Positions 1-12,000 of a stretch of DNA of 64,000 nucleotides are shown one piece after another; within the stretch, counting starts at the first letter, position 1, and each line of letters opens with the position of its first letter. Source of the stretch: Selaginella moellendorffii. Taxonomy: Eukaryota; Plantae; Lycopodiophyta. The translations under genes were made by a program, and so were the position numbers. Under the pieces are notes generated by a model, which saw only the letters and a program-made list of their open reading frames with translations, was not told where the DNA came from and did no database searches. The stretch covers positions 1,552,014-1,616,013 of the forward strand of contig NW_003314294.1 in the NCBI RefSeq assembly GCF_000143415.4. Reading direction: 5' to 3'.

Positions 1-190
1 GCACACAGGAAGACTGACGTGATGGTTCCTTGTTGTTGCAAGAACTTGACTTTCAGATCATATGCTGACAGGAAGACTGCACAAGCAAGCCGATTATATG
101 AGCCGCATCACCATGGGAGAACCACCTACGGGAGTTCCCCATGAGAATGCCAATGCCAGCACAGCACAATCATTCCAGATTGCACTTATG
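1..190 (+). pseudogene. Gypsy RNase H C-terminal relic
   Basis: Translates to GRL.RWFLLLQELDFQI..GRLHKQADYMSRI, the typical end of Ty3/Gypsy RNase H; contains stops. Confidence 0.55.
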
Positions 191-635
191 GAGTGAGAAA
201 AGTGTGTTGCAGCGGTCGCCACAGGAACGAGGATAGGATTACGAGCAACAAGAAGTAGGAAGACCCTATGCTGAAGACTGGAGACGGAAGCCTGAAATTG
301 GCGTTGAACAGGAATATTAAAACTCTCGCTGGGGCTCTCCTTATATAGTCGCCCTCAGCGTGCTAGGAAGCTTCACAGAAGGTGCACTGGAAGGTTTCGG
401 AACTTGCTAAATCGGGAATGAAGATGAACTTGCTAATTTGAGAATGTGGTGGTTACATTGGACTTAAACTTAAATTTGCTATTTTGGGAAGTCTTCTGTA
501 TGAAGAAACCGAGGAAGCTTCTTGGAGTCTTGCTTGAAAAGCTTCCGGAGTATGTTGGAATATTCAAGGAATCTTACAGAGAAATTTTTTTAAAGAATAG
601 GAGTGTTAGACAGAATGTGTCCATATATACTGGTT

Positions 636-1130
636 CCATGACATTATCCCCCTTTTCCATGACGAATTCCACAAATCATTGGTCCTGGTTTGAGCATATG
701 GAAGTCAGATAGTTTACTTGAAACATTTGTTAAATTTTCTAAGGGTTCCTATGTCCAATCACTTGAGGATTAGCCAACCCAGTCAATGAAGTAGTACAGT
801 CAATGTTGAAGGATCTTGGAATCTAGGATCCCAACAACTTCGTACTCAGAGTGACCATCGATCTCGGGATGACTCAACCTGGGATGTCGTTAGCAATGTA
901 TGGTTCAAGCAGAGAAACATGGAAGACAGGATGAAAACACATGGTTGAAGGAAGATACAACTGATATGCAACCTCATGAATGCAATCAGAGATGCAAAAG
1001 GGACCAAGGCATTGATAGTCAAATTTACCAAATAGACGAGTAGTCTGAATGTTATGCCGAAATAACCAAATTTGATCACCAACCTTGAACTCAGAAGCCA
1101 TGAGGCAATGTCGATCAGAAGCGAGTTTGT
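636..1130 (-). pseudogene. Gypsy integrase C-terminus/chromodomain relic
   Basis: ORF 874-1101 has FKVGDQIWL...GPF...AYQLYLPSTMCFHPVFHVSLLEPY; purine tract on the minus strand near 645-655 resembles a PPT. Confidence 0.7.
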
Positions 1131-1184
1131 GACATTCGTGAGCCTCGAGTAAATGTTGTTAGTGATCATGAATTTGATCATGTT

Positions 1185-1478
1185 TTGAGGCATCCTGCTG
1201 TGGGTGGATTCATCACTCACTGTGGGTGGAACTCGACGCTGGAGAGTGTTTGCACGGGCGTGGCGATGATTGGCTGGCCGTGTTTATCCAAGCAGAATCT
1301 GAACTTTGCGTTTCTGGAGAAGAAGCTCGCATTGAGCCTGCGAAGGAGACAAGACGGAGTTATTGACAAGGCAGTGATCGAGGAGGCTGTCAAAGTTCTG
1401 ATGAATTGGGAGGAAGGGAAGGAGATACGACGAAATGTGGGTGAGCTTGGCAGGGATGCCAAGAATCTGAATATATGA
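1185..1478 (+). pseudogene. UDP-glycosyltransferase (GT1) C-terminal fragment
   Basis: PSPG-box motif [23 protein letters not shown]...Q; the N-terminal part is missing and replaced by the retroelement relic. Confidence 0.8.
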
Positions 1479-2232
1479 AGTATTAGATGGAATGGGATCA
1501 AGCAAGGGGACAACAAATCCTAAGTGCATGTACTCAATGACGTTAGAGAAAGTGACAACGACTTCTTACCCAGAGTACTGTGAAACTGCCCTTCCCAATC
1601 TGAAAGAATTGAGCTACCAGCGTATATATGGACATCCTGTAGTCACTGGAATCCCAGGTCGTGAGTTGAGCATAGAAGTCGTCCACAATGGATTTGCTCC
1701 AGCTTCCGTTTTTCATCAACAGCTCCAAACAAGTCACCAACCAACGCTTTCTACCCTTGAACTTTTCAAACAGTCTGCTGCAGTTGGCTGCTGTAAGGCC
1801 AAGCATCTTCAAATACTTTTCGCAGAAGTTGTAGACATCCACCGCCCTCTCCCATTTGTCGAAGCTTGTTACGAATCCAGGGGGCCCGTTCACAGTTTTG
1901 GCCACACCTGACATGATATAACTATCCAGTTCCATCTGCAGGACGCTGATGCTCGTCCCTGCAATGCAGACCGCTGTACCGAGCCTCCCGTCAAGCAGCA
2001 CCTCCATAATCATAGACTTTACAAGTTTTACCACAGCCACTGACCCCCACAAGCAGAATGCATCCAGATACCCCTGATTGTTTCACCCTCTCCACGAGTT
2101 TCCAAGCATCAGAAGTCTGATGAGATAATAGGAGGAAATCATACCTGAGGAAGAGGGTCTTTGAATCATGACATAATACACTGAGTCATTTGTGAGAGGT
2201 TCTTGGGTGAAAGGAACCCAGAAGAACTCTGG

Positions 2233-2490
2233 CATAGTTGCTGGAAAACGTATGAAACTAAAAAAACGTAACATTTTAAACGCGTTAAAAAATGCCGTTC
2301 TAAACTCCCAACGCGTTTGCACTATTTGCGAAAAGAGACAAAGGTTTCTTTAGGGTTTCTTCAGGGTTCATGTAGTCATGGCAGGAATTGGAGGACGCCG
2401 CGAATGCTGGAGCTGGAAGCATGTGATACGAGCAGAGTGGCACTGGACATGTAAGTATTGTCATGAGATTCACACTGGGGTTTCACACTA
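2233..2490 (+). mobile_element. hAT-like transposon 5' end with truncated BED zinc finger
   Basis: Starts CATAGTTGC with AAACG-rich subterminal sequence; ATG at ~2378 gives MAGIGGRRECWSWKHV..WTCKYCHEIH (BED-like); a similar CATAGTTGC end occurs at ~3026. Confidence 0.5.
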
Positions 2491-2771
2491 GAACTACTAC
2501 TTGAAGTTGCATAGTTATCTAGTCTTCAAACATTTGGAAAGTCAAAGATGATAGGTGTGATGATTGCTCTCTAGAAAGTCAAAGATGAGGTGTGATGATG
2601 ACAATGGACCCATTCACAAATGCGCACCTAACCAGAAAAATCCTAACTCAACTTACGTTGGTTCAGTATTACTTAAGTCACCAAAGAGTATATTCTTATG
2701 GTATATGCCCACAAAATCTCACCTAAATTTTACATCTTAGCTCCATCTGTCTTAAAAACTTCAAATAAAAC

Positions 2772-2813
2772 TGATTAGGCCCGGGTTTGAACCGGGGACC
2801 TCAAGCGTGTGAG
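2772..2813 (-). pseudogene. tRNA-Val(CAC) 3'-half fragment
   Basis: Reverse complement CTCACACGCTTGAGGTCCCCGGTTCAAACCCGGGCC gives the CAC anticodon loop and T-arm; the 5' half is absent. Confidence 0.55.
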
Positions 2814-3570
2814 TGAACTTAGTTTGTAGTCTAAACAACCTTTCAGAATGAGAGGTGGAGGTCAAGGCGGGCAGGATAGCTCAAGGACGAGTTGGTGTTC
2901 TTCCAGACGATGTGAATGACTATGTCTCATTGCAGCAGCATCTTCCGTCTCTAGGTCTTGCGCAACAAGGATCCCAGTTCTCTAGCTTGCAGGAGCTGCA
3001 ATTTGGGTCTGTCGCTCCAGAGTTCATAGTTGCAGCTAGACATGCAAACATTCAAACGCGTCCACGTTTAAACGCCGTTTAAAACGTTTTTTTCAGGACA
3101 ATCAAACATTTACATGTTAAAGCCTAAAATGATTAAGAAAACACTAATATTTACTAAAGACACTTTAATCTGATATTAAGTTTATAAAACCCAACAGAAT
3201 AACATACTAAAACAAATGAAAGAAAAAGCTGTTTCGCTGTTCTGTTTGTCCCAGCACTAGACCAGTTCTCCGTGCTTGCCACCATAGATTCTGCTGCCCC
3301 CCTGAACCCTGTGCGGCTTGCTGCAGCAGATGCCCATCATCGGCATCTGCTGGGTCTGCTAGCTCGAAATCGGAAAAACTGCTGCGAGGTTTTTTAAGAA
3401 CTTCATAAGGGATCTCCCTCATTGCCTTGCACGTTTTCACACCTCTTGCCCGAACTCCAGCAAGATGTGCTCGCACTCGCTCCACACTACGTATATATAG
3501 ATGACTGACCCAATGGCTTCAACACACTTTCAAAATTTTCTCCTTCTTTTCAGCTTGAACAGTCGGCTCT

Positions 3571-3843
3571 ATGGCAGCCAAATTAGTGGGTTTGGTTTAC
3601 TTCATGTTCTCTGCAGCAAAAGGCAGTGGGCTTTTTGCATACTGGGAGAACGAGGATTGTTCCGCCACTAACAATAACAGGATTTTCTATGGCAATTGTG
3701 GATGTACAAACTTTGATATTGATTATCGTGATGGTTATGAATTCTTCTACAACCGAGACGAAGTGACATATTTATATAATAATCTCAATTGTCAAGGAAA
3801 TCCTGTTACTACACTTGCCCCAGTATCAAAAGGATTGCTGTGA
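3571..3843 (+). CDS. MiAMP1-like secreted Cys-rich antimicrobial peptide, probably 3'-truncated by a LINE fragment
   Basis: Hydrophobic signal peptide, then F..W...C....Y..CGC...GY.F.Y....LYN...C.G as in the MiAMP1 family; TATA-like TATATATA at ~3493; the last two Cys are missing where LINE sequence begins. Confidence 0.65.
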   Translation: MAAKLVGLVYFMFSAAKGSGLFAYWENEDCSATNNNRIFYGNCGCTNFDIDYRDGYEFFYNRDEVTYLYNNLNCQGNPVTTLAPVSKGLL

Positions 3844-4112
3844 CTCCCATGCTTCAACAGAATGGTAGGTGGTGCCCCCTAGACTCTGTTCTATGTTCAG
3901 CTCAAGGGGGAGACTTGGACATCGACATAATTCGAATGAGATGACCATGTCCACTTCTACTCTAGGACTAGGTCTAGCTGTGACACAAGAGGATCACGTA
4001 AAGTAGCTCATTGAGAGGGTAACATGCCAGTTTTTGTATTAGTCCTATTGGGACATGGGGAATGTATATACAATTGATCTCACTAGATCGCAGCACCACA
4101 GTGTGTCTTTGA
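3842..4112 (+). mobile_element. 5'-truncated LINE 3'-UTR copy
   Basis: Reverse-complement match to 38205-38510, the 3' end of the LINE at 38205-42000; followed by degenerate CCCTAAA repeats (4113-4161). Confidence 0.75.
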
Positions 4113-4886
4113 CCCTAAACACATGAAATCCTAAATACACCTAAATCCTAAACCCTAAACCAGTGGAAATAAATTGAGCTAATTAAAATCACCACCACCA
4201 CTTCTCTGAAATTTTCTGAAATTTCAAGGGACTATTACATCTTGTGCGTTGGGATGGGAGAGGGGGGGGGGGTTCCAAATGTATAGTAGGGATAGTGGTT
4301 GGAATGCATGTCTGACCACCTGAGACATTAGTTTGGCTCCCACTGGGCTGTGTTGCTCCTTGTTCTGCGTCCAGCTTGGGTCTAAGCCCAAGCTCCACAT
4401 TGCTCTTGTCGGTGGGGTACCCTCCTCCTCGGGTTAGGCCATCGGTATGCTAAAATTGTGCCAGACTCTATTTGACACCATTTTGTATGCAGGTGCTAGA
4501 TATGGGGAGCTGGTGCTCGTGGGATTGTATCGGACCCTCATTTCGTAGCGCAACGGGCTTGGAGTTTGGCTCTAAATTCAGGTGCACTACATTTGGTATC
4601 AGAGGAATAATCGTCTCAGTGATTCCTATCCAGCTTTTGTCAGATTTTTTTACTCAAGTTGCATACGTAGAGAATTTTCTAGTAGATCCAAAGCGACCTA
4701 TGTAGGATTAGTTGGATTGCACCATTCGGTAAGAAAAGGAACCGTGCTGATGATGCTGAGACCTCTAGATGGGCGAATTGAGAGGAGGAAACTCTTGCTA
4801 GAGATGCTGCGGTAGAGGCTAAGGCCAAGTTAGAAGAGGAAGAGCCAGATGCTGCGGCGTTGCAGCATACGGCTCAGGAAGTCGAG

Positions 4887-5476
4887 TGTAAACTCCTGAG
4901 TTTGGACTTCCCGGGAGGTCACCCAGCCCAGTATTATTTAAACCCAAGGACGCTTAACCCTAAGTATCCCAAGACCCTTAACCGATTGGAAAAGGGGGTG
5001 CACTCTTGTTCATGGGCCCTTTTTCCCTTTATATTTGAACCCTATGGATCGTCTTTCGAGTTGTTCCCTTTGATTGCTTACAATCCACCATGCTTCCCTG
5101 CAAGTTCACGTCCTCGTGAATGGAAGCTAAGAGCCGCAGCTCTCCCAAGAGCCTCGCTCTCTTGACAACCTACCCCTCAGGTTGAGCCCAGCGGGAGCAA
5201 ACTGGATCAGCCAGATGTCAATCAACATGTGGTGTGATTCCCCTAACCAACCAACGGAGTTGGACATGAGACCCCTCTAATACCAAATGTAAGTTCTTGA
5301 GTTTGGACTTCCCGGGAGGTCACCTAGCTTAGTACTATTCAAACCCAAGGACGCTTAACCCCAAATATCCCAAGACCCTTAATTGTGGGCTTATGAAGGT
5401 TGTGAGTGAAACTCTTCCAAGTGGTCGGAGGTGTGGTTAAGTGACTAAAGTAGAATGGAAAATTTAGTCGCTTACA
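4887..5476 (-). mobile_element. Cassandra-like TRIM (5S rRNA-derived LTR segment), chimeric at one end
   Basis: TG...CA ends; TSD TCGAG (4882-4886 / 5477-5481); LTR 4887-5167; PPT and PBS (5275-5287) on the minus strand; LTR carries GTTAAGCGTCCTTGGG...CTGGGTGACCTCCCGGGAAGTCC, similar to the 5S rRNA internal promoter. Confidence 0.85.
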
Positions 5477-5589
5477 TCGAGATTGAGAATTTGTGAAGGG
5501 AGATTTGCAAATTGAAGAAGGAAAACAAGAGGAGGAAGAAAGAAGCTGAGGCAGCTAAACCAGCTAAGTCTAAGCAACCGAATTCATCT

Positions 5590-5613
5590 AAGCTCTATTT
5601 CGTTAAAGTGGGA
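5590..5613 (+). repeat. Left terminal inverted repeat
   Basis: AAGCTCTATTTCGTTAAAGTGGGA. Confidence 0.9.
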
Positions 5614-6725
5614 TTTATTCAGTAAAATGGGACTAGGTACAAATTTTCAAGTATTTGAAAATGACGTGAAATTATATGTTTTTTGTCCAGGGGCTAGACA
5701 TATCTGGGGCATGGTGACTAGCGTGGTGACTTTATGTCCAGACTGAGTCCATCTGGTTGTATAATAAATCTCATTGTCAAGGTGAACAAGCCGAATCTGA
5801 AGCTAAAGAAGAGCGATGGCATGCGCGCACACACTATTTGTTTGTTCATTGAGCGTGTGGTGAGCTTTCCAAGATGAACGTCATTCCTATTAGCCAGACA
5901 TATCACTTAATGGTGAGAACATTTAGATATTATTCAATGTTATCTTTTTCTAACGAATCTAATTGTGAAGGTGTAGCAAGAGGCATTGCTAGTCTGGAGA
6001 AGTCATTTAACTCATTTGACCACCCTTAGTGTATTTTCATGAAACTAAATAACATTCATATTATTAAGGAATTTCTCTAGTACCTTTTTTTTACGACATA
6101 GAGGCTTGCATTTCTTTCAAAGGTGATTTAGTAAAAGGCCCGAGGGCACATGCCATTCTATTTCTCAGACCGGTATTAAGATATACTAGTGCAAAGGGAA
6201 AAAGGTATTTGGTGATCAAGTAAATGGCATGAGGGCACACGCCATTATAAGCCTAAGCGCTAGTGGACACCTCCTTTTTGGTACTCTCAGCGGTACTATC
6301 ATCCTTCTCCAGGTCAGTTGTTTTGCTTTGGATTGTTGTCTCTGACGTTACTGGGGCGTTCTCGATAGTTGTTAATATTGCCGTTTGTTCAGAAAAATGA
6401 TCACCTGGAGTATAGTACGGGGAGTTTGGAAGACTTATATATTCTACATCTTCACCTATCTCCTTCTCCGTCTCCTTTTCTGCCTCACTTACAGATTTTG
6501 TGCTTGCCATGAGAACGCTCTTCACCCTAAAATATGGAGTTCGTTGTGTTATAAAAGGAAACCAACACACACGCTGCAAGGGAATGATGGTACATAAAGT
6601 ACGTAAGCCCACAATATGGGTTTATGTGCCATTAATATGGGCCACACGCCATATTATTAGATTTATGCACGTGTGATTGGTAAATGCATATGTCACATCA
6701 TCTTTGTTTTACCTCACACACTATA

Positions 6726-9700
6726 TCAGGCCTCCTCTGATTCAGATTCGGATTGTTCACCTTGAAATAAAATACATTAGAAACTTAGTAAAGGAATATT
6801 AATGAATCTCACCTTGAACCCAGGTTATGAATGCTCTTGCTGCATCTCTTGCATGGTCTGGCAAGGTGATGGTGGCACTCTGCTTCCGCATCCAACCATG
6901 CACAACATTATCCACCGATATGCTCATGCTGGGATCCCTTGGATTCAGCACCCATCTCTTTTCTAGGCAATCCTTCGTATATCCGGAACTTGGCTTGAAC
7001 CACTCCACAGTTACATTGAAGGAGTTAGTTTCCGCGTCCTCCTCTGCATCAGTGATGCAGCGCCCCACCCATATCATTTGTTTTTTATTACTGGGTCTGA
7101 CAAGCACGACCATTCCTTTGCAGACCTGTACTGGATTGAATGCTGAATTCGGCTTCTTGTTCCTCGGCCCACAATAGTGATCCTCAACATCGTTATCTGT
7201 CACTGCATTTCCAGACGACATTGTTCCGCTACTATCTGGTGCTTTGGGTTCTGGCCAAAAGGACTCTTCCAATTCTTCATATACAACCGGCCCATTTTGG
7301 ATAGCAGATATAATCTTCTCCCAGTATTTGAGCAAAGGCTTGCACCTCTGAAAATAGGATTCTCCACCAAACACCAACCCCCTCTTCCAGAAGGCAATAT
7401 GCTGTCTAATCCCGGCCACTATACTTTCCTGGTCTTTGAGTCCATCTAGGTGCATCGGCCGTGGGGAACCCTGAGGAATCATAGGTTCCCCAGTTATGGG
7501 ATCTCTCTTGAAGAGTTCAATGCCGTCCACTGGCAGCCACACTGTGTCCCATTCTCTCATCTTGTACCTCATCACTGGAGCACCGTCACACATGCTGAAA
7601 TGAAACTGAAGAGGCTTGGAGTGGCCAATCAGCGTTTCGGATCCGTCCCTGATGTAGCCTCTTACAAACCCCTTAAAGTCTGGAACCTCTGTCAGAAGTG
7701 CAGCTTCAACAGTGCCTTTGATGCAATTTTGGAATTCATCGTAGAGTTGTGGGAGGGTGAGGACATTGGATCGCCGGAGGGACTCTGCCAGGTGACTGAA
7801 CATGGCATCGACGTCTTCATGAGTGTGCCCAACCATGAGAAAGCCAAGTGTAACCGTTTCAAATATGTCTTTGGCAACAAGCATCGCCAAGTATGCGAAG
7901 ACGTACATGTTTTTGTTCTCACTGCCAGCATTGTCTGTTTGGAGCAGAAGATGGGGTGGAAGGCCACATCGGCCGCAAGAACTTCCTTGAGATTCTGCTT
8001 CGTTTGGATGAGGCTGTGCATTCACCGGGCGACCAGCCTCGTCGGAATGGCATGAGGCCTCACATGATAACCCTACAATCTGACGACCAACATATTCACT
8101 GGGATGGCATGGGGCCCCACGCGATACTGCAAGCCTTTGCTCCTCCTCCAGCTGAACCCTGTATGGGGTTCGATCGACAAGGGCCTTATGCAAGGGTTGG
8201 CCGTTCAGCTTAGTCTGCGCACTTTGCAGAGACCTTAAGTGTTTTGCTAGGGACGCAATCATCATGTTTGCACCCCCGCCACCCCATAGAGGTACAAAGA
8301 AGTTCCCATAGTTCTGGGCACCATGCCCATGAGCGATTATGCCAAACAGAGACACAGGCAGCTGCATGGATGAAGAGATTGCCTTGGGGGCAGGATTGAG
8401 TTGAGGTAAGCACGTCTTTTTCTGGTCCATTTTGTCATGGATGATGCAGAGGTAAGAGTCAGGTCTCTCCATGGAGAGAATCCTGTTATGATAATATGCA
8501 GTCCTGCAGCTTCTCTGCTCGATGTTGTGGTCGAGCCGCCTTTTAACCAACGTCTCTCGCTCTTGAGCGCTGCAAGAATTCTTCGACAAAGCCATTTTGA
8601 TAGCAGTGCACTCGTCACACTTTGAAAAGCTGGAGTACTTTCCTATACTCACATCCCTGAACCTGTTGCTCCACAATCTACTAAATCTAGATTGGCTCAG
8701 CTTCCTGTAGCCATTACTCTGGAGTTCCCGATTCACATCTTCCAATATGGCCCCCTTGGTATACATGGAAGGGAGAACTCGTTGGGTGTCTCGTGTTCCA
8801 TCTTCCAAGAAGCGGGTTTTATGTGGTTGCTGCTCGCTACATATCTCGACAAACCTCTTGAAGATTGCCTCTCCATATACAACATGACCCCTGGTTTTGT
8901 GCGTACCGTCGTTCCCATGGACTGCCTGTTGAACCCTTTGTTCCTCGAACTCAGTTTTGATTCTGTAGAATGTGGTTCGAGGGACTCCATAAATGATTCT
9001 CCATGCCTTCATGCAGACCAAACCCCTCTGGAAGACCATGCCCCCCACCTGATGTTCTGAAGCATCAACAGATGACCGTAATGCCTCATACACAAAATTG
9101 CGAGCTGCCTTCCAGGACAATGTCTTGTATGTTGCTCTCTCCTCTTCAATAGCATCCCAATCAGCATGTTGACAGCAGCTCCTCTTGCAACAAGCAACTG
9201 TCGAGACCATTCGAACCTCCATCGCCATTTTCTGCCTTTTCAGTTCGTTGCTCAGATCCCTTTGGCTGTGCTTTAGGAAGGTGTACTTTCTTTTCCCATG
9301 AAGAGATGTTTTGTCATCAGTTGTAGTGGTGTTTGATTGTGAATCCTTCACATTCTCAAACACTAAGTGCCTCAATTTCCACCGCACAATGCTTCCAATA
9401 GTCAGACTGTTTTCTTCTGTGTCAACAACCTCTAAAATCGCAACTCCAATATCATCCCAGCCCAATTCTTGATTAGCAACCGCATCTCTTGGATCGACAA
9501 CTGTGGCTAAGCCCTCAGCTACCACCTCCCCCTCGGGGTTGTTTAGAAACACCTTCGCCTGAATCCATGTAGCACGGTTCTTAAGATCCACGGAGGGAAC
9601 ATGCGTCGCACTTGTGCTGTCCCCAGCATCTGCTTTCTTCTGAAGATTTTTCAAGGCAACAACAACATTTACCCCGACGACCATCTCTCCTCGTTCAACA

Positions 9701-9867
9701 ACGACCACATTCCCATCGAAGACAGTCTCTACTAATACAGCAACATTGCCTTCCCCAAGCCTTTGATAGTGTATAACAAAGTTCCGATCCATAGACACAA
9801 GGGTCCCTTTTGCAACTCTCTTCCCACCATTCAAAATGTAAACCTTTTCCCCAACCCTGAAGGCCAT
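6726..9867 (-). CDS. Sola-like DDD transposase (~1030 aa; exons 9867-6813 and 6760-6726)
   Basis: Uninterrupted 1022-aa ORF with CCKRSC, HTH-like VCMKAWRIIYGVPRTTFYR, KCDEC and the acidic triad IIHDKMD / LQTDNAGSENKN / FLMVGHTHEDVDAMFS; a 52-nt GT-AG intron (6812-6761) adds GEQSESESEEA*. Confidence 0.8.
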
Positions 9868-10639
9868 TCTAAAAGTGCAGAAAAGAAGTTAAGACCATAT
9901 AAAAAATGATTGGATTATTCAAACATGCTATTAACACCCACGTGAAATTTTGCATTCACAAAATTGGCATGAGGCCTCATGCCATCTTGATATAGACACC
10001 ACTGCAGGCAAGTAAAAACATACATGACAATATGCTAGCCATGAAATTGCAAGGGCCCAAAATGGCATGAGGCCTCATGCCATTTCTAAATGTGGTCCTA
10101 AGCCATTCCATGGTGAACATACCAGGAAGCACAAGTGCCGAATATCAAGAGGAAGCGGTAGCCACACCAAAGACAGTGCCGCTCGCAACACCGCAACTGC
10201 TCGTAGCGCCGCTCGCACAAACTGCCACTCGCATAAACTGCCGCTCGCAATGGCACTCGCAATGCCGCAACCGCTCGTAGACGCATAAACCACAGCCCAC
10301 AACGCCGCTTACACAAGCAGCGCTCACTGCGCTCAGCGGAACCAAGAACACGGCGCACAAAAATGGTAGACCTAGGAATGAGTTCGAGAATTCAAAAATA
10401 ACACACGCTTGAATGTCACATCAAATCCTCTGACAAACCAGATCTTATGACTCCTCTGACAAATTTCAAACTGAGTAGCTTCTAGACTTTGCTGTCGGAG
10501 GTTGAACTTTGTCACATCATGTCCTTGCCTCGATCCAGCTGTGCCATGTCAGTGATTCGAACTTTGCCATGCCATGTCAGCGATCCGCGCCAAGATTATT
10601 CGCCGTGTAAAGGAATAATTATGCTGTGTGTGTACGTCC

Positions 10640-12000
10640 ATTTATGGCAATATAAGGCCACACGCCATTCAAAGAATAATGCTAGTCGAGCATTTTTTGG
10701 TGCATTTTTGGGTTCAAAATTGCATGAGCCCACACGCTATAAAGTTTACCTGTACCAAAAATAGAAACAGCTTTATTTACTTGGGAATTTAAGTGGTTGA
10801 GGCATTTTTAAACTTACAAACACATGCCCTACTTACATTCCTTTGGTTGCTTAAAATTCAAAAATATTATAAACCTTTCTTTTTGCATTTTCAATGTTTT
10901 CAATTATGGTTTTTGATTTTCGCAGGACCAGCCTAGTAATCTATTTGCATCCCGTCATGTTTATAGCTAGCTTTCGTTTGTCCCCTTCGCTAGCCTGAGA
11001 TACATCTACTCGGCATCTGCCTCTTACAGCATTTGCCCAGAAAGGGTATCTTTCTTCACGCAGCATTTGCCACATGTTTAGGGTTTAGGGTTTAGGGTTT
11101 AGGGTTTAGCAATTCAGTAGCTTGATAAACATGCAAATACAGAACTTGATGCAAAATCCTTTGATATGTCACAATGCCCCTAGGACCATAAACACATTTC
11201 AATAGAGAGGGTCCTTTCATTTCATAACTCCTTACGTAGATCTTGGTGAAACCAGAGTTAGTGAAGTTAGTTTTTTGTGATCCCGCATCTGATTGTGATG
11301 TCCCTTTGCAGTGTCGATGGAAAGGTCAATGCACACCATACTGAAAAATCTTGGAGCAAAATAACGGTCGGATCTATGGCAAATGCCCCTGAAACAATGA
11401 AAGGCTCGTGTGGTCTCATGTGGTGTCCGATCAAGATGCTTCTTTGCAGGGTCATCAAGAAAGACATTGTATACCATTCTGTAGAATCTAGTTGCGATCT
11501 AACGGTTGGATCTCCAGAAAACTCAAAAAAATCTCGCGCGTGTCAGAATATCCTAGAAATATACTCCTATGTGCCCCTGAAAATGGCATACGGCCCCACG
11601 CCATTCAAGAGATAACGCCAGATGACGCCGAGAATTTTTTGGTGCATTTTTTGGGTTCAAAATTGCATGAGCCCACACGCTATAAAGTTTATCTTTCCCA
11701 AATAGAGAAAGTTTATCTATGTCATGTGAGGTAGTTACAGTCCTTTGTGCTCGGCATCTGCCTCTTGCAGCATTTGCACTGAAAGGGAATTTTTCTCCAT
11801 TCAGCATTTGGCCCTGAAAATGGCATGCGCCCACACGCCATTCAAGGAATAACGCCACAGGACGCCTGGATTTTAAAATGTTTAGGGTTTTTTGGGTTTT
11901 TTCAAAATATTTTGGGTCCAACATTTTTTGGGTTTCTTTGGTTCAAAATTGCATGAGCCCACACGCTATAATATTGATTTGAGAGAAAAATAGAAACAGA
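10640..12000 (+). repeat. Internal direct repeats in the divergent promoter region
   Basis: Unit CACGCCATTCAA..AATAA...TTTTTGG...GGTTCAAAATTGCATGAGCCCACACGCTATAA at ~10660-10770, ~11597-11710 and ~11834-12000; a second pair at 11009-11072 / 11750-11812. Confidence 0.8.
11077..11109 (+). repeat. Interstitial telomere tract (TTTAGGG)4+
   Basis: Four perfect TTTAGGG units plus TTTAG. Confidence 0.95.

Noticed and set aside
1543-2052. 169-aa minus-strand ORF as a gene
   Set aside because: No ATG start, and no family I can recognise reliably; it may be a pseudogene fragment.
4905-4960. Functional 5S rRNA gene
   Set aside because: Only the internal promoter-like part is present, embedded in TRIM LTRs.
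6827-9197. Multiple ORFs overlapping the transposase (and antisense ORFs over 13293-18245)
   Set aside because: Shadow frames of long real coding sequences.
11077-11109. True chromosome end
   Set aside because: Short internal tract flanked by element sequence on both sides.
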